A DNA stretch of 60,825 nt, taken from a virus. Lineage: Duplodnaviria > Caudoviricetes. Location of the stretch: the IMG/VR virus record IMGVR_UViG_3300016469_000245, positions 1-60,825 of that record; one strand, written 5' to 3'. How positions within the stretch are numbered: the stretch's first letter is position 1; each line of letters starts with the position of its first letter. Under the pieces are notes generated by a model. That model searched no databases, was not told the DNA's origin, and worked only from the letters and a program-made list of their open reading frames with translations. The translations under genes were made by a program, and so were the position numbers. This document shows, one piece after another, positions 1 to 10,372 of this stretch.

Positions 1-299
1 CCCATCGACGCCTCGTGCATCTTGAGTGCGTTCGTCTGCGACACCTCGAACTGCTCCGCCTGCTGCTCGCGGTTGAGCTGGTTCTCTTTGGCGGTGAACT
101 CCTGCGCGCCTTTCTGCATCTCCTTGCCGTGCTCCTGCTGGAGCGTGATGATACGCTCTTGGAACGCGCGATTCGCCGCGTCGCGACGCTCTTCCGCATA
201 CCTCTGCGCGGCGTCGCGCTCTTGCTGCGCCTTGTACCCGGCAAGCGTGCCGAGACCGTCTCCGAGCCTCGCAAGGCCCTCGCTCCAGTTAAGTCCCAT
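1..299 (-). CDS. 5' part of a coiled-coil virion/ejection-type protein spanning the window junction
   Basis: ATG at 299 gives MGLNWSEGLARLGDGLGTLAGYKAQQERDAAQ...HEASM with no stop to position 1; the leftover GG plus the T from 60825 makes GGT, in frame with ORF 60195..60824. Confidence 0.8.
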   Translation of the reverse strand, partial: MGLNWSEGLARLGDGLGTLAGYKAQQERDAAQRYAEERRDAANRAFQERIITLQQEHGKEMQKGAQEFTAKENQLNREQQAEQFEVSQTNALKMHEASM

Positions 300-1116
300 C
301 GCGGCGACCCTCCAGCTTCTTGCCCATCTCGGCCCGCGCGGAGTCGATGTCGATCTCCGACAGGATGTCGTCGCCGACTTCGCCCGCGTTCATCTCGCGC
401 TCGATCTGCGACTTCCAGAACTGCTGCGCTTCCTCCATCTGCTCTTCGCTGATCTGGCCCGTCTGCTCCAGCATGAGCCCGAACTCATGCACGGCGTGCA
501 GCTTCGCTTCCTCCAGCAGCTTCATCTCCTGCTCGCTGAACTCGTAGCCCTCGAAGTCGCCGCCCTCCGGCACCTTGATCGGCTGCACGCCATCGAAGAT
601 TCCGGCGACGTTCCCCATCACGTACAGCGCGGGGATCAGCTCGTCGGCGCCGTGGAAGAGCACGTCCGGCGAGTACGTGACTTCCTGACGCTTCGCGTTG
701 TTGTGGATCAGAAGCGTGACGCGCGCTGCCGCGAGGCCGATGGCCTGCGGAACCGTGAGCTTCCGGTTGTTCATGATCTTCATCGTCGCCTCGCTCGGCG
801 ACAAGGCGCCCTCTTCGGGCTTGCGCGTGTCCGAGATCATGAGGATCGCGCGCGCAACGAAGTCCTCGTACTGCGCCTGCTCGTCTTCCGTCACCGCTTC
901 CGCATTCCACGGATCGGCGTCCTGCTGCTCGCGAGCGATGTCGTCCGGAGTTCCGCGCGGACGCGGCTGTCCATCCGCCGGGATGAACTCGCCGCCTTCT
1001 TCGCCCTCGCCTTCGAGAGCTTCCTCTTCGCCCTCGACAGCAGCTTCCATCTCGGCCTCTTCACCGGCCGGCGCGAGTTCCTCATCCATCTCTTCCCGTG
1101 GCACGTTCATGGTCAC
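289..1116 (-). CDS. Acidic hypothetical virion-module protein
   Basis: 275-aa ORF in the late operon, overlapping both neighbours. Confidence 0.75.
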   Translation of the reverse strand: MTMNVPREEMDEELAPAGEEAEMEAAVEGEEEALEGEGEEGGEFIPADGQPRPRGTPDDIAREQQDADPWNAEAVTEDEQAQYEDFVARAILMISDTRKPEEGALSPSEATMKIMNNRKLTVPQAIGLAAARVTLLIHNNAKRQEVTYSPDVLFHGADELIPALYVMGNVAGIFDGVQPIKVPEGGDFEGYEFSEQEMKLLEEAKLHAVHEFGLMLEQTGQISEEQMEEAQQFWKSQIEREMNAGEVGDDILSEIDIDSARAEMGKKLEGRRDGT

Positions 1117-2006
1117 GCCATCCCGCTGTAGTCGCCGGTCTTGTAGCCCCGGCTGATGAACTCACCCTGCTCCTGTTCGGTCGCAGAGGCCGCGTTGAGG
1201 TCTTGTGGCGCCGCGTTCTGCGACGCGATGAACTCGTCGCTCTGGCCGGGCATGGCCGCTTTGCCGCCGGGCTCGGTCGGGCCCTGCACGGGCGCGCTGC
1301 CGCCGGTCGTCTCCATGCTTGCCTGCGCCGACCCTGAAGCGGCCATCGACTTCCCGCCGCCGCTGTCCGCGGCCATGTCGATGTTGCCGGTCTCGCGATT
1401 GAACGTGACGCCGAGACCGGGGCCGTTGCCCTTCGAGTCGCGACCGCTGAACTGATTCGGCGCCGGGAACGGATCGGGCTTCTTCGCGAGAAGACCGGCC
1501 GCGGTGTCCACGCCCATCTTGAGCATCATCACCTTCTCGAAGCTCGACATGCCGGCGAAGAACCCCTTGGCGCCAGCCGCCGCCGCGGTGCCCGCGCCAG
1601 CCGTGCTCGCCGCGAGCGCTCCGCTCGACAGCGCGCCGGTGCCGGCCGCGACCGTGCCAGAACCCGCCGCTGCGCCGCCGCTCATGATCGAGCCGTAGGC
1701 GCCGAAGTTGCCGGCCGCAGCCGCGCCAGCAGCCGCAGCGGACGCCGAGCTTGCCGCTGCCGTCGCCGCGATGCCGCTGCCGGCCGCTCCCTTGAATCCG
1801 ATGGCGACAGCGGCTTTGCTGAATAGCCCTCCTGCGCCGAATCCGGGCATCGCCGCGGCCATGCCGGCGGTTGCGCTGAACGCGCTCAACGCGACGCCAG
1901 CGGTGAAGTAGACAGCCGCCGCGATCAGCAGCGGCTTCGCGATCTTCTTCACCACTTTCGCGACCTTCTTGAAGACCTTCTTGACACCCTTCACGACGCC
2001 AGACAT
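1113..2006 (-). CDS. Putative DNA ejection/pilot protein
   Basis: Likely start MSGVVKGVKKVFKKVAKVVKK (ATG 2006); basic amphipathic N-terminus, hydrophobic segment and Ala/Gly-rich body; lies next to the GNAT gene as in podovirus ejection modules. Confidence 0.65.
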   Translation of the reverse strand: MSGVVKGVKKVFKKVAKVVKKIAKPLLIAAAVYFTAGVALSAFSATAGMAAAMPGFGAGGLFSKAAVAIGFKGAAGSGIAATAAASSASAAAAGAAAAGNFGAYGSIMSGGAAAGSGTVAAGTGALSSGALAASTAGAGTAAAAGAKGFFAGMSSFEKVMMLKMGVDTAAGLLAKKPDPFPAPNQFSGRDSKGNGPGLGVTFNRETGNIDMAADSGGGKSMAASGSAQASMETTGGSAPVQGPTEPGGKAAMPGQSDEFIASQNAAPQDLNAASATEQEQGEFISRGYKTGDYSGMA

Positions 2007-2476
2007 TGGGGTTTCTCCTTCAGCTTGGGATGCTCTGCCTCGAACATCGGCCCCATATAGTCGAAGCCCATGCTGCGGTAGAAGCTCTCGGTGCGTTCGG
2101 TCTTGATGCCGGAGCTGACACCGATCTCGACGCGCACCACGCGCGGAACCGACCACGCCCACTCGACCATCGCCTTCATCATCTGCTCGCCGTCACCGAT
2201 GCGCTGCGAGTAGAAGAGAAGATCGGAGACGACGCGCGGGCCCGCCTTCGGCTCGGCCCACCAGAACTCTTGCACGACGGCGATGATGAGCCCCGTGATT
2301 TTGCCGTCATGCTCCGCGACGATGACGCGCCCTGCCGGCGACGTTGCCGCTTTCGTTATCGTCTGGAGCACGGTCGGCCAGTGCGGCTTGAAGCGGCCGT
2401 AGCGCGAACGCTGATGCAAGCGGCGGCACAGGGCCACCACTTGCTCGATGTCGCCGGGGACCATCGTGCGAATCAT
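1991..2476 (-). CDS. GNAT-family acetyltransferase-like protein
   Basis: MIRTMVPGD start, VIVAEHDGKITG strand, DLLFY..RIGDGEQMM helix, and ESFYRSMGF motif B. Confidence 0.8.
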   Translation of the reverse strand: MIRTMVPGDIEQVVALCRRLHQRSRYGRFKPHWPTVLQTITKAATSPAGRVIVAEHDGKITGLIIAVVQEFWWAEPKAGPRVVSDLLFYSQRIGDGEQMMKAMVEWAWSVPRVVRVEIGVSSGIKTERTESFYRSMGFDYMGPMFEAEHPKLKEKPQCLAS

Positions 2477-4272
2477 CCTCCGGGCACCTTCGGCTGAGTC
2501 GGGCCAGCCTCACCGGGCGCCGGGTAGTTCGGGTCGGCCCCTCCACCCGGCGGCTCCGTCGGCCGCGAGCCTCCGCTCGGAGGACGCCCCGGCGTTCCGC
2601 CAGTCGGCCGCGATCCGCCGCTCGGCACGTTCTGCGGCTGCGTGCCCTGCGCGTAGGCTCGGTTCGATCCGTACATCGGCTGATTGACCGTTCCGCTTCC
2701 GCCCCAAAACCGCATCGTCGGCGGCGCGTACATCTGGTAGCCGCCCTGCCCCATCGAGTAGCCGCGGCCTCCGGTGTAGCTCGTGTAGTCGAACGCCGGT
2801 GTGTTGTAGAGGTTCTTCCCTCCGCCATCGTCGGTCGCGTTCGGATCGGCGCCCGGACGCGGATTGCCGAAGAACGCGCGCGTCTGTTCGTTGAAGCTGT
2901 TGTAGAGCGAGAGAAGATCGCGCGCTCCGGCCGCGGCCTGATCCGGCTTGAGGTTCGGGTTGCCGCGGATTTCTCCCATCGACGAGATGATCTGCCGCTG
3001 CGTCGCGCTCGTCTCCGAGAGGTAGGTCAGAGTGAACTGATTGCGGAATTGGTTGTTCTGCGAACGGATGTCGTTGTCCGTCTGCCGGTCCATCCGCTCC
3101 AGCGTGTGCGCCTGACCTTGCTCGTTCAGGGCCCAATTATGCTGGAAGTTCAGCTCGTCGCGTTCGAGATTGTGGCCGTGCGCACGATCCATCACGCGAA
3201 TCTGGTTGTCGGTGCGGCGGTCCTCCAGCGTCAGCTCTCCCGCGATCTGCGCGCTGATCGCCGCGAGTCTGCCCGATGTCTCGGCCCCGATCTCGTTGAT
3301 GCGCGCGGCGCTCTGCTCGCGAATCATCATCACGCCTTGCCGGTAGTTCTGGTCCGACAGCAGAGCGTTGTGGATGAACCGCTGCTCGGCGAGGCCGAAC
3401 TGATTCGCCATCGCGGCATTGAACTCCGCGGATCGCGCAAGCGTCTGCGCGTCCTGCGATCCGATCTTGAAGGCCATGTCGGCCATCTGCGTCACGGCAG
3501 CGCGCGCGGCCATGAGCGAGTTCTTGCCGCCACGCGCGGCGTGCGCCCGCATGGTCGCCTCGCGCAAGCTCTGGAAGACCGGGTTGTCGCTCTCCATGAG
3601 CGACGCCATCCGATTCTCGACGAGCTGGTCGCCCGTGACTTCCCAATTCGTCGGGCCCGGCATGTCGCGCGGCATGTTGCCGAGGTAGTCGGGCTTGTTG
3701 CCGCCCCAAAACGATCCCTCTTCCTCGCGCACGCGCACGTCGCCCGCGGGGCCGTCTGCGGAGCCGGGACCGCCGGGACCGCCGGGGGTCGTGGTCGGCG
3801 TTGCGCCGAACCAACCGGGGATGCCGCTCTGTCCGCTCGGCGGCTGCGATGGATTCGGCGGACCGAAGTCCGCCGTGCCGAAGTTGCCCTGCGCCCCGCT
3901 GCTTCCCGCGTCCGGCTGGCCCTGATAGTGCTGCCCGTCGTTCGGCGCAGCACCGCCCGGCGTTGCACTCGTCGGCCCTGCGGTCGGCGTCGCCGTGGTG
4001 TTCGCCGTCGTTGTTGCAGCCTCGCCACCAGAAGCCGCTTCGCCACCGGACGATGCGGCGCCCGGCGCTGCCGCCGTGCTGTTCGCCATCGTGCCGGGGA
4101 TGAAGTCGTACTCGTTGCCCGGCTGAGTGCTGCTCGCGGACTTCACGCCCCCGGTGTCAGCGCTCTTCGGCCCCGGCTGCTTGATGAACGCATTGTCGTC
4201 GTCGGGAAGGAAGGACGGCGTGGGCTCTTTGAGCGCTGCCGCCTTCTCCCGAAGCTGCGCGATGTTCTGCAC
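2473..4272 (-). CDS. Putative internal virion/ejection protein
   Basis: 599 aa; disordered Gly/Pro/Thr-rich ends with a helical Gln/Asn/Arg-rich core; position in the ejection module. Confidence 0.6.
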   Translation of the reverse strand: MQNIAQLREKAAALKEPTPSFLPDDDNAFIKQPGPKSADTGGVKSASSTQPGNEYDFIPGTMANSTAAAPGAASSGGEAASGGEAATTTANTTATPTAGPTSATPGGAAPNDGQHYQGQPDAGSSGAQGNFGTADFGPPNPSQPPSGQSGIPGWFGATPTTTPGGPGGPGSADGPAGDVRVREEEGSFWGGNKPDYLGNMPRDMPGPTNWEVTGDQLVENRMASLMESDNPVFQSLREATMRAHAARGGKNSLMAARAAVTQMADMAFKIGSQDAQTLARSAEFNAAMANQFGLAEQRFIHNALLSDQNYRQGVMMIREQSAARINEIGAETSGRLAAISAQIAGELTLEDRRTDNQIRVMDRAHGHNLERDELNFQHNWALNEQGQAHTLERMDRQTDNDIRSQNNQFRNQFTLTYLSETSATQRQIISSMGEIRGNPNLKPDQAAAGARDLLSLYNSFNEQTRAFFGNPRPGADPNATDDGGGKNLYNTPAFDYTSYTGGRGYSMGQGGYQMYAPPTMRFWGGSGTVNQPMYGSNRAYAQGTQPQNVPSGGSRPTGGTPGRPPSGGSRPTEPPGGGADPNYPAPGEAGPTQPKVPGG

Positions 4273-4300
4273 GGCACGCCTCCTTCTGGTTCAGTGCATT

Positions 4301-4609
4301 CTACTGGTTCTTGATCCACTCGATGAGTTGCTCGCGGCTCGCGAGACACTCACCGACCACCCGGATCGCCCGCACGTAGTCCAGCGTCACCGCTCGCGCT
4401 TGCTCTTCGGGCGGAAGCGCCGCGAGCGGCGTCGGCGGCGGCGGAGGCGCGATCTCGCGCATGTTCGCTTCCGGCTTGATCGCGGCCACCGCTACCGGGA
4501 TCGGCGACGGGGAAGGCCGCACGGTAGGCTTCTTCACGCAGCCCGTCAGCAGCAGGATCGAAATTGCACAGGCCCACAGCGAGCACCAGCGCGCGCTTCT
4601 CGACTTCAT
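4301..4609 (-). CDS. o-spanin (Rz1-like lipoprotein)
   Basis: Lipobox LLLTGC after a hydrophobic stretch; Pro-rich mature part (PSPSP, PPPPPTP); overlaps the i-spanin in another frame. Confidence 0.8.
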   Translation of the reverse strand: MKSRSARWCSLWACAISILLLTGCVKKPTVRPSPSPIPVAVAAIKPEANMREIAPPPPPTPLAALPPEEQARAVTLDYVRAIRVVGECLASREQLIEWIKNQ

Positions 4610-4964
4610 GCAGAGCATCGGTAATTCCTCCGATTCGGTTGAGCACCTTGGTCACAGACTTCTGCGTCTCGCCGTTGATCCTATGGGTCTCCTGCACGGC
4701 GACATTGAAGACCTTGATCTGATCGGCGCGGAGCTGCTCGCTCGTGGCGAGCGCGTCGCCGATGGCGCGCGTCGTCTCGTTGAGCGTCGTGTTCGTGTCC
4801 GCGAACTGCTTGGTCCACTTCGCCGCTTCGACAGCCGACGCGATTTTCCACGACGCGAATCCGCCGATGGCCGCGCCCGCGGCGAGAATCGCCAAAAGGA
4901 ACCACATCTTCGCGCCACCGCGCAGCGCGAGCCACCCCGCCTTCACCGCTGCCATCTCAAGCAT
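4350..4964 (-). CDS. i-spanin (Rz-like)
   Basis: N-terminal TM segment WFLLAILAAGAAIGGFASW followed by a helical region; lysis cassette context. Confidence 0.7.
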   Translation of the reverse strand: MLEMAAVKAGWLALRGGAKMWFLLAILAAGAAIGGFASWKIASAVEAAKWTKQFADTNTTLNETTRAIGDALATSEQLRADQIKVFNVAVQETHRINGETQKSVTKVLNRIGGITDALHEVEKRALVLAVGLCNFDPAADGLREEAYRAAFPVADPGSGGRDQAGSEHARDRASAAADAARGASARRASASGDAGLRAGDPGGR

Positions 4965-5295
4965 CTTTCTTCTCCCGTTCGTCGTATGCCCCACCCTCGA
5001 TCTTCTTCAGCTCGCGAGAGCTGAAGGCCGTCACCACGCTGTCTGCCATGTAGCCAGCCGTGAACGCGCCAGCCACCGTGAGCTGATCCGATGCGTACAG
5101 GAATCCGTATGCGACGAACCCTGCCAGTACGCGGAATGCTGCGCTGAACGGCTTGCTGCGAATGATCCTCCACGGCTTCGGATGCTGGCCTGCGACTTCG
5201 ATGTCGCGCAATTCCTTCAGGAAGTGCAGCCCTTGGCCGCACCACATCATCACCCACGGGTGGAAGATCACGGCGAAGAACTCTTCAGCGTTCAT
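4957..5295 (-). CDS. Putative holin
   Basis: 112 aa, 2-3 hydrophobic segments, charged C-terminal tail, between endolysin candidate and spanins. Confidence 0.65.
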   Translation of the reverse strand: MNAEEFFAVIFHPWVMMWCGQGLHFLKELRDIEVAGQHPKPWRIIRSKPFSAAFRVLAGFVAYGFLYASDQLTVAGAFTAGYMADSVVTAFSSRELKKIEGGAYDEREKKDA

Positions 5296-5719
5296 CGTTT
5301 ACCTCGATGATGACCTGCGTGCCCTCGATGAGCGCGTCACGGATCACGGGGTACACCCTGCGATATGCGTCTCTGCTGCGACGAAGCTCGTTGCCATGCA
5401 CGGTCTCTCCGACAAGGATGCAGCCATGCGTCTCGCGCGCGACGTTTCCCATGTGGATCAAGATGAACTCGAACTCCGTAACGTCCTGCAACCACAGCAT
5501 CCCCTTGTGCCAGTCGCCGAAGATGCGGCTGTACCGCTCGTGGAACCCGCCGACGGTCCGCAGCTTGATCTCGTAGCTCCCTGCCGGGATTCGGGTCTCC
5601 CCGTGCACTTTCTTCGGTCGCGCGATGTCCTCCAGCGTGTAGCACTCGACGCCTCCCACCGACAGCGTGCCGATGGTGGCGTCGCGAAGCTGCCTCTCTC
5701 TGTTGAGCGTGACGATCAT
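5285..5719 (-). CDS. DUF5675-family protein, candidate endolysin
   Basis: Start MIVTLNR at 5719; motifs TIGTL, CYTLED, ETRIPAGSY, ILIHMGN..ETHGCILVG. Confidence 0.8.
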   Translation of the reverse strand: MIVTLNRERQLRDATIGTLSVGGVECYTLEDIARPKKVHGETRIPAGSYEIKLRTVGGFHERYSRIFGDWHKGMLWLQDVTEFEFILIHMGNVARETHGCILVGETVHGNELRRSRDAYRRVYPVIRDALIEGTQVIIEVNDER

Positions 5720-6051
5720 TCGCCCACCACATGCAGGACGACAATCCGACCGATCTCGAAAAGCACGAGCGCCGATGATCCTATGAAAGCGAACCTGCGC
5801 TGCCACATTGTGTTCTTTCGTTCTGCGCCAGCAATGCGTTCTTCGAGCTTGTCGATGCGATCTTCTTGAGATGCCGCATTTTCGATTGCTGCTCCCAAGT
5901 GTTGCACTTGAATCGTAAGGGCATGAACGGCCCTTCCTTGTTCATTGATGGACTCATTGAGCTTCTCGTTGATGCGTCTTTGCTCGCGCATCTCTTCGAC
6001 GAGTTGGTCGTGAGCGCGCAGCATCATCGTGATGATCTCCGGGTTGCTCAT
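5716..6051 (-). CDS. Coiled-coil membrane protein (XhlA/holin-like)
   Basis: GAGG RBS before ATG 6051; heptad-rich N-terminus and single C-terminal TM segment. Confidence 0.6.
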   Translation of the reverse strand: MSNPEIITMMLRAHDQLVEEMREQRRINEKLNESINEQGRAVHALTIQVQHLGAAIENAASQEDRIDKLEERIAGAERKNTMWQRRFAFIGSSALVLFEIGRIVVLHVVGE

Positions 6052-6058
6052 ATAGTCC

Positions 6059-9000
6059 TCATGCACTCCATTTCCAAATCAACACTGCTGGCGCTGATGC
6101 GCCACCAACTCCCGTTCCATTGCCGCCACCGCCACCGCCTGCACCGTATCCAGTAGCAGCGCCACCAGCGCCGGTTGATGAACCTGTTCCAGCCACACCA
6201 AACGGACTTCCGCCGCCGGAGTTCTGGCTTGCGCCGCCGCTGTTGTTCGGAGAGATTTGTCGATCCAGGCTTCCAAACGCATTTCCTCCCGTCCCTCCGC
6301 CGAATGAGCCCGCTCTGTATCCGGGTTGACCCGGATTCGTAGTTCCGCCTCCTGATCCAAGAAGACCGCTATCTGCGCCGAGATTTCCACCGCCGCCAGC
6401 TCCACCAAGTCCATCGGCTGCGCCAGCGTTTGCTCCTGCGACTCCCGGCCTCAGTGTGTACGTCGCTCCGCCAATCGTGAATGTCGTGGCAACACCTGCG
6501 CCGCCGATCACGTAGCTGTACGACGTACCGCCTGTTACCGGAAGCACAAGACCTTCAACCCACTCTCCTGATCCGCCGCCGCCGCCACGGTTTGCGGCGC
6601 TTCCCGAGCCCCCGTTACCACCGCGAGCGGTTCCGCTGATTTCTACCGACCTAGCCCACGGCGGCGCAGTAATGCTTGTTCCGCTTGTCGTGACATCGGT
6701 TCTAGTCATTGTTCTTCTTCCGGTTACTTGCGACCACCTTGATCCTGTGTAGAAAAGAAGAACGCTCTGGTTCGGCTCAAGAACTGTGGTTTCGGAAAAT
6801 CTGTTTGTTGCTGTCGAGCTACTTGATTCTTCAACCAGCGTTATTACGTTCGATCCGACGTTCGTAAGAAGGATGATTTTGCCGACCTGCGTCGGAGCAA
6901 TGAATCCAGTGATGTTGACGTTTGCGCTTGATGCGAGATTGAAGCGAGTGTAGTGCTCGTAATTCAGTGGCGCGTAGTTGTTCTGATCGGCGCTTATGCT
7001 CGACGGCGAGAGAGGCTGCTCAAGACTCATTGATCCAGCAAATCGCATTGCTGCAACATTGGATGGACCTGAAAGCTCCATCCTAATTCCGGACTGTCCA
7101 GCAGTGATCCCTTGACCAAGAAGAAGTGGGATTCCTCGAATGGTCGTCGTTCCGTCTTCGTTCGCAAGCGTTCCGACGTTTCCCGTTTCATCCTGAAGAG
7201 TGAAACCGGAAACGTAGTTTGATTGGCTTGCGATTGCGCGCCATCGAGATGACGTGCTGTCGTACTGAAGGACAACCGCAGACTTTATCGGCAACCATAT
7301 TGACTCTGATTGCGATCCTCCGTACACCGGAAGAGCGAATCTGTTTGCCGCAGCAGAACCGGTGTTTTCTGCTGCAAGACGGATTAGTCCGCTTGTTCCG
7401 CTGATGTTGTGAAGGATCAGGATTCGTCCGTCTGCTCCGCCAGCGATTCCAGTGATGACTGCCGCGCCTAGACCGCTGGTAACTTCCAGTCGAATCGTGC
7501 TTGCCGTCGAGAGACCCGTCGGGTTGTAATCGTTGTACGTGGTTCCGCCAGCAAGACCTGCCGGCGTGATGTCTCCCGTGAATGCGATGTCCGCTGCGAA
7601 CGATGCACCGGACCCCGGCGGTCCGGGCGGTCCGCTCGGGCCAGTAGGTCCGGCAGGGCCAGTAGGTCCCGTCGGCCCCGGCGCTCCAGCGGGCCCCGTC
7701 GGCCCCGGCGCTCCTGTCGGTCCAGTGGGGCCCGTAGCACCCACGTCGCCCGCGCGCGTGAACTGGAGGTACACCACGTCGGATGCAGCAAACGGCTCTG
7801 CCGTTCCGAGTTCCGCGAGCTGCGTCACGGAGATCGCGACGTAGCCGGTGTTCGCCGTCACGCCGGTCACGTTGAAAAGCTGCCCGCGCGGCACGCCAGA
7901 TGCGTTGTACGCGAGCACGGCGAGATGACCCTCGACCGTGTTCGTGGAATCGTCGAAGGTCAGAAGCCAGTTGCGGACGTTGTTCGATCCGTTGTCGATA
8001 TCGTCCACATAGAGCGCTGTCGTCGCGCTCTGATCCGCGTTGTTGAAGCGGATGACGCCGTTGCCGGGATCGGCGTTCGTGGTCGTCGTGCTGAACGAAT
8101 AGGGCACGCCGAACGGCGACACCGGACCGCTCGGGCCAGTGGGGCCGGGCGGGCCCGCAGGCCCGGCAGGGCCGGTCGCACCCGTTGGGCCCGCAGGCCC
8201 GGCAGGGCCGGTAGGGCCGGTGAGCCCCGTCGGTCCCGGCGGGCCCGGAGGTCCAGCCGGCCCGGCAGGGCCGGTGCCACCGGTCGGCCCGGTCGGCCCC
8301 GTAGCGCCGAGGTTGCCGGTGCGGACGAACTGCACGTAGATGCGGTCGGTGTTCGCGAACGGCTCTGGCGTGCCGAACTCCGCGACTTGCGTCACGCTGA
8401 TCGTTCGATAACCCGTCGAGTTCGTGACTGACGTGATCGTGAATACCTGCCCGCGCGGAAGCCCGCTCGCGTTGTACGCGAGCACATGCAGTTGTCCGCG
8501 GTGCGCCGTGTTCGTGGAGTCATCGAACGTGTCGATGAACGTGCCGACGGCATTCCCGTTCGCGTCGAGATCATCGACGTAGATCGCTGTCGTCGCGCTC
8601 TGGTCGGTGTTGTTGAAGCGCAGGTTGCCAGAGCCGGGATCGCTCGCCGTCGTCGTCGTGCTGAAGTTGAACGGCAGGCCGTTCGCCGGGCCGATGGCAC
8701 CCGTCGGGCCCGTAGGGCCGGTGGGTCCAGTCGCTCCGGTCGGTCCCGGCGGTCCAGCAGGGCCAGTCGCACCGGTGGGGCCGGGCGGGCCCGCGGGGCC
8801 AGCAGGGCCAGTGAGCCCTGTCGGGCCGGTAGGTCCGGGCGGGCCCGCAGCGCCATTGGGGCCCGGAGGTCCGGCAGGGCCAGTCGCGCCAGCGGGGCCC
8901 GGAGGCCCCGCTGCTCCTGTTGGTCCGGCGGGTCCAGCAGGTCCCGTCGCACCTGCCGGGCCCGTCGCTCCCGGCGGTCCCGGTGGACCGGGCGGTCCCG

Positions 9001-9745
9001 ATCCGCTGGCGTCTTCGTCAATTCGGAGATCGAGCACGTCCTCCGTCGCGAGCGCGTACACCGTGACGAACGATGCGCCAGAGAGCGGCGTGGTGAACTC
9101 CAGCTCGAACGCATCGAAGAAGCCGTAGAAGAGGACCGTCGCGCCGCGCGTGCCCGTGAGGTTGATCGCCTCCAGCTCGTCGCTGATCTTCGTGAACCCG
9201 AAACCGCCATCCGCTCGACCACGAAGGCGGAGCGTTCCGGCGCTGGCTTCCGCATCGAGCGAGATCGTCACCTGCCGCATCGGCAGGAACTTCTGGTCAT
9301 CGAGCTTGCCGGCGGTCGCTGCTGCGCCGGTCCATGCCTCGATGATCTTCTGCGCTGGAGCGCGCCTGCGAGATTGCTCTGGCGAGAAGTCTGCGCGTGC
9401 GACGGAGAAAAGCTGCGCGGTCGCGTTCGCTCCAGTTAACGCTGTGGTGAACTCCAGCTCGTATGCGTCATAGAAACCGCGGAATACAACAGTTACTCCG
9501 GGCAAGCCGGTAAGGTTGATCGCTTCGAGGTCAGCAGAGATTCGAGTGAACGAAGCGTCTTGCGCAACGCGGCCTCGAATCCGCAACACGCCACCGGTTG
9601 CAACGGCATCGAGCGACACCGTGATCTGATGATCGACAAGGCTCCGATGGTCGGGGCACTCTCGCGCAATCGCGCCCGTATTCCACGGCCCACCGATGGG
9701 CTGCGAAATAAGGCGACGACGCGCGGGAATGCCTTGTTCTTTCAT
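6059..9745 (-). CDS. Large collagen-like tail fibre/receptor-binding protein with duplicated domains and Gly-rich C-terminus
   Basis: Start MKEQG at 9745 overlapping the upstream stop (ATGA); three Gly-X-Y tracts; paired repeated globular domains; GGGGGSGE...YGAGGGGG C-terminal domain. Confidence 0.85.
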   Translation of the reverse strand: MKEQGIPARRRLISQPIGGPWNTGAIARECPDHRSLVDHQITVSLDAVATGGVLRIRGRVAQDASFTRISADLEAINLTGLPGVTVVFRGFYDAYELEFTTALTGANATAQLFSVARADFSPEQSRRRAPAQKIIEAWTGAAATAGKLDDQKFLPMRQVTISLDAEASAGTLRLRGRADGGFGFTKISDELEAINLTGTRGATVLFYGFFDAFELEFTTPLSGASFVTVYALATEDVLDLRIDEDASGSGPPGPPGPPGATGPAGATGPAGPAGPTGAAGPPGPAGATGPAGPPGPNGAAGPPGPTGPTGLTGPAGPAGPPGPTGATGPAGPPGPTGATGPTGPTGPTGAIGPANGLPFNFSTTTTASDPGSGNLRFNNTDQSATTAIYVDDLDANGNAVGTFIDTFDDSTNTAHRGQLHVLAYNASGLPRGQVFTITSVTNSTGYRTISVTQVAEFGTPEPFANTDRIYVQFVRTGNLGATGPTGPTGGTGPAGPAGPPGPPGPTGLTGPTGPAGPAGPTGATGPAGPAGPPGPTGPSGPVSPFGVPYSFSTTTTNADPGNGVIRFNNADQSATTALYVDDIDNGSNNVRNWLLTFDDSTNTVEGHLAVLAYNASGVPRGQLFNVTGVTANTGYVAISVTQLAELGTAEPFAASDVVYLQFTRAGDVGATGPTGPTGAPGPTGPAGAPGPTGPTGPAGPTGPSGPPGPPGSGASFAADIAFTGDITPAGLAGGTTYNDYNPTGLSTASTIRLEVTSGLGAAVITGIAGGADGRILILHNISGTSGLIRLAAENTGSAAANRFALPVYGGSQSESIWLPIKSAVVLQYDSTSSRWRAIASQSNYVSGFTLQDETGNVGTLANEDGTTTIRGIPLLLGQGITAGQSGIRMELSGPSNVAAMRFAGSMSLEQPLSPSSISADQNNYAPLNYEHYTRFNLASSANVNITGFIAPTQVGKIILLTNVGSNVITLVEESSSSTATNRFSETTVLEPNQSVLLFYTGSRWSQVTGRRTMTRTDVTTSGTSITAPPWARSVEISGTARGGNGGSGSAANRGGGGGSGEWVEGLVLPVTGGTSYSYVIGGAGVATTFTIGGATYTLRPGVAGANAGAADGLGGAGGGGNLGADSGLLGSGGGTTNPGQPGYRAGSFGGGTGGNAFGSLDRQISPNNSGGASQNSGGGSPFGVAGTGSSTGAGGAATGYGAGGGGGGNGTGVGGASAPAVLIWKWSA

Positions 9746-10359
9746 CGGAAGCGAGGTCCGCCGATCCAGCTCACGAGGGCTTTGCGAGTTCCTCGCGTGA
9801 TCGGAGTCACGCAGTGCGGAACCCACGAGGGAAAGATGAGCATGTCACCTTGCCCGATGTGGCCCGGATCGAAGTCCTGATCCGTGAACAGTCGGAGCCG
9901 GCACCCGTCGTACTCTTCGGGCGGCGAGAGCTGCACGATGACCGACAGCTTCCGGAGCGAACTATAGCCGCCACCGAAGTCTTGATGCCAGTCGTAGTGC
10001 CCCGGCGGTCGCGTCTCGTCGCCGGTGTCGTAGCGGAGGTACACGATGTCCTCCAGCATCCCGTGGAGATCGAACTCGAAGTGCTCGTTGTTCGTCCACT
10101 CCACGCGCTCGCGGATGCGCTGGAAGAGCCAGTGCAAGTTGTCCTCCGGAAAGAGCGAGCACGTCTTCACCGTCCGGTATTCGAGGTTCTGCCGGAAGGA
10201 ATTGTTGTCGCCGTTGCCGATAGTTCCGTCGCAGAGCTGCTTCGATTCCGCGACAGCGTTGATCGCGTCGCATTCGGGAGGACTGAACGCATTGCTGTAG
10301 AACACATAAGGCGGGAAGAACTTCTTCTCCCGCGGTCGAATGAGTCGAACGTCTTTCAT
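9742..10359 (-). CDS. 2OG-Fe(II) oxygenase (prolyl-4-hydroxylase/PKHD-like)
   Basis: YDWHQD (HxD), [37 protein letters not shown] (distal His and 2OG-binding Arg). Confidence 0.92.
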   Translation of the reverse strand: MKDVRLIRPREKKFFPPYVFYSNAFSPPECDAINAVAESKQLCDGTIGNGDNNSFRQNLEYRTVKTCSLFPEDNLHWLFQRIRERVEWTNNEHFEFDLHGMLEDIVYLRYDTGDETRPPGHYDWHQDFGGGYSSLRKLSVIVQLSPPEEYDGCRLRLFTDQDFDPGHIGQGDMLIFPSWVPHCVTPITRGTRKALVSWIGGPRFR

Positions 10360-10372
10360 GGCCTTCCTCGCT

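Noticed and set aside
7750-8690. Duplicated fibre segments as a diversity-generating retroelement TR/VR pair
   Set aside because: Both copies are in-frame coding, differences are not adenine-specific, and no reverse transcriptase is present
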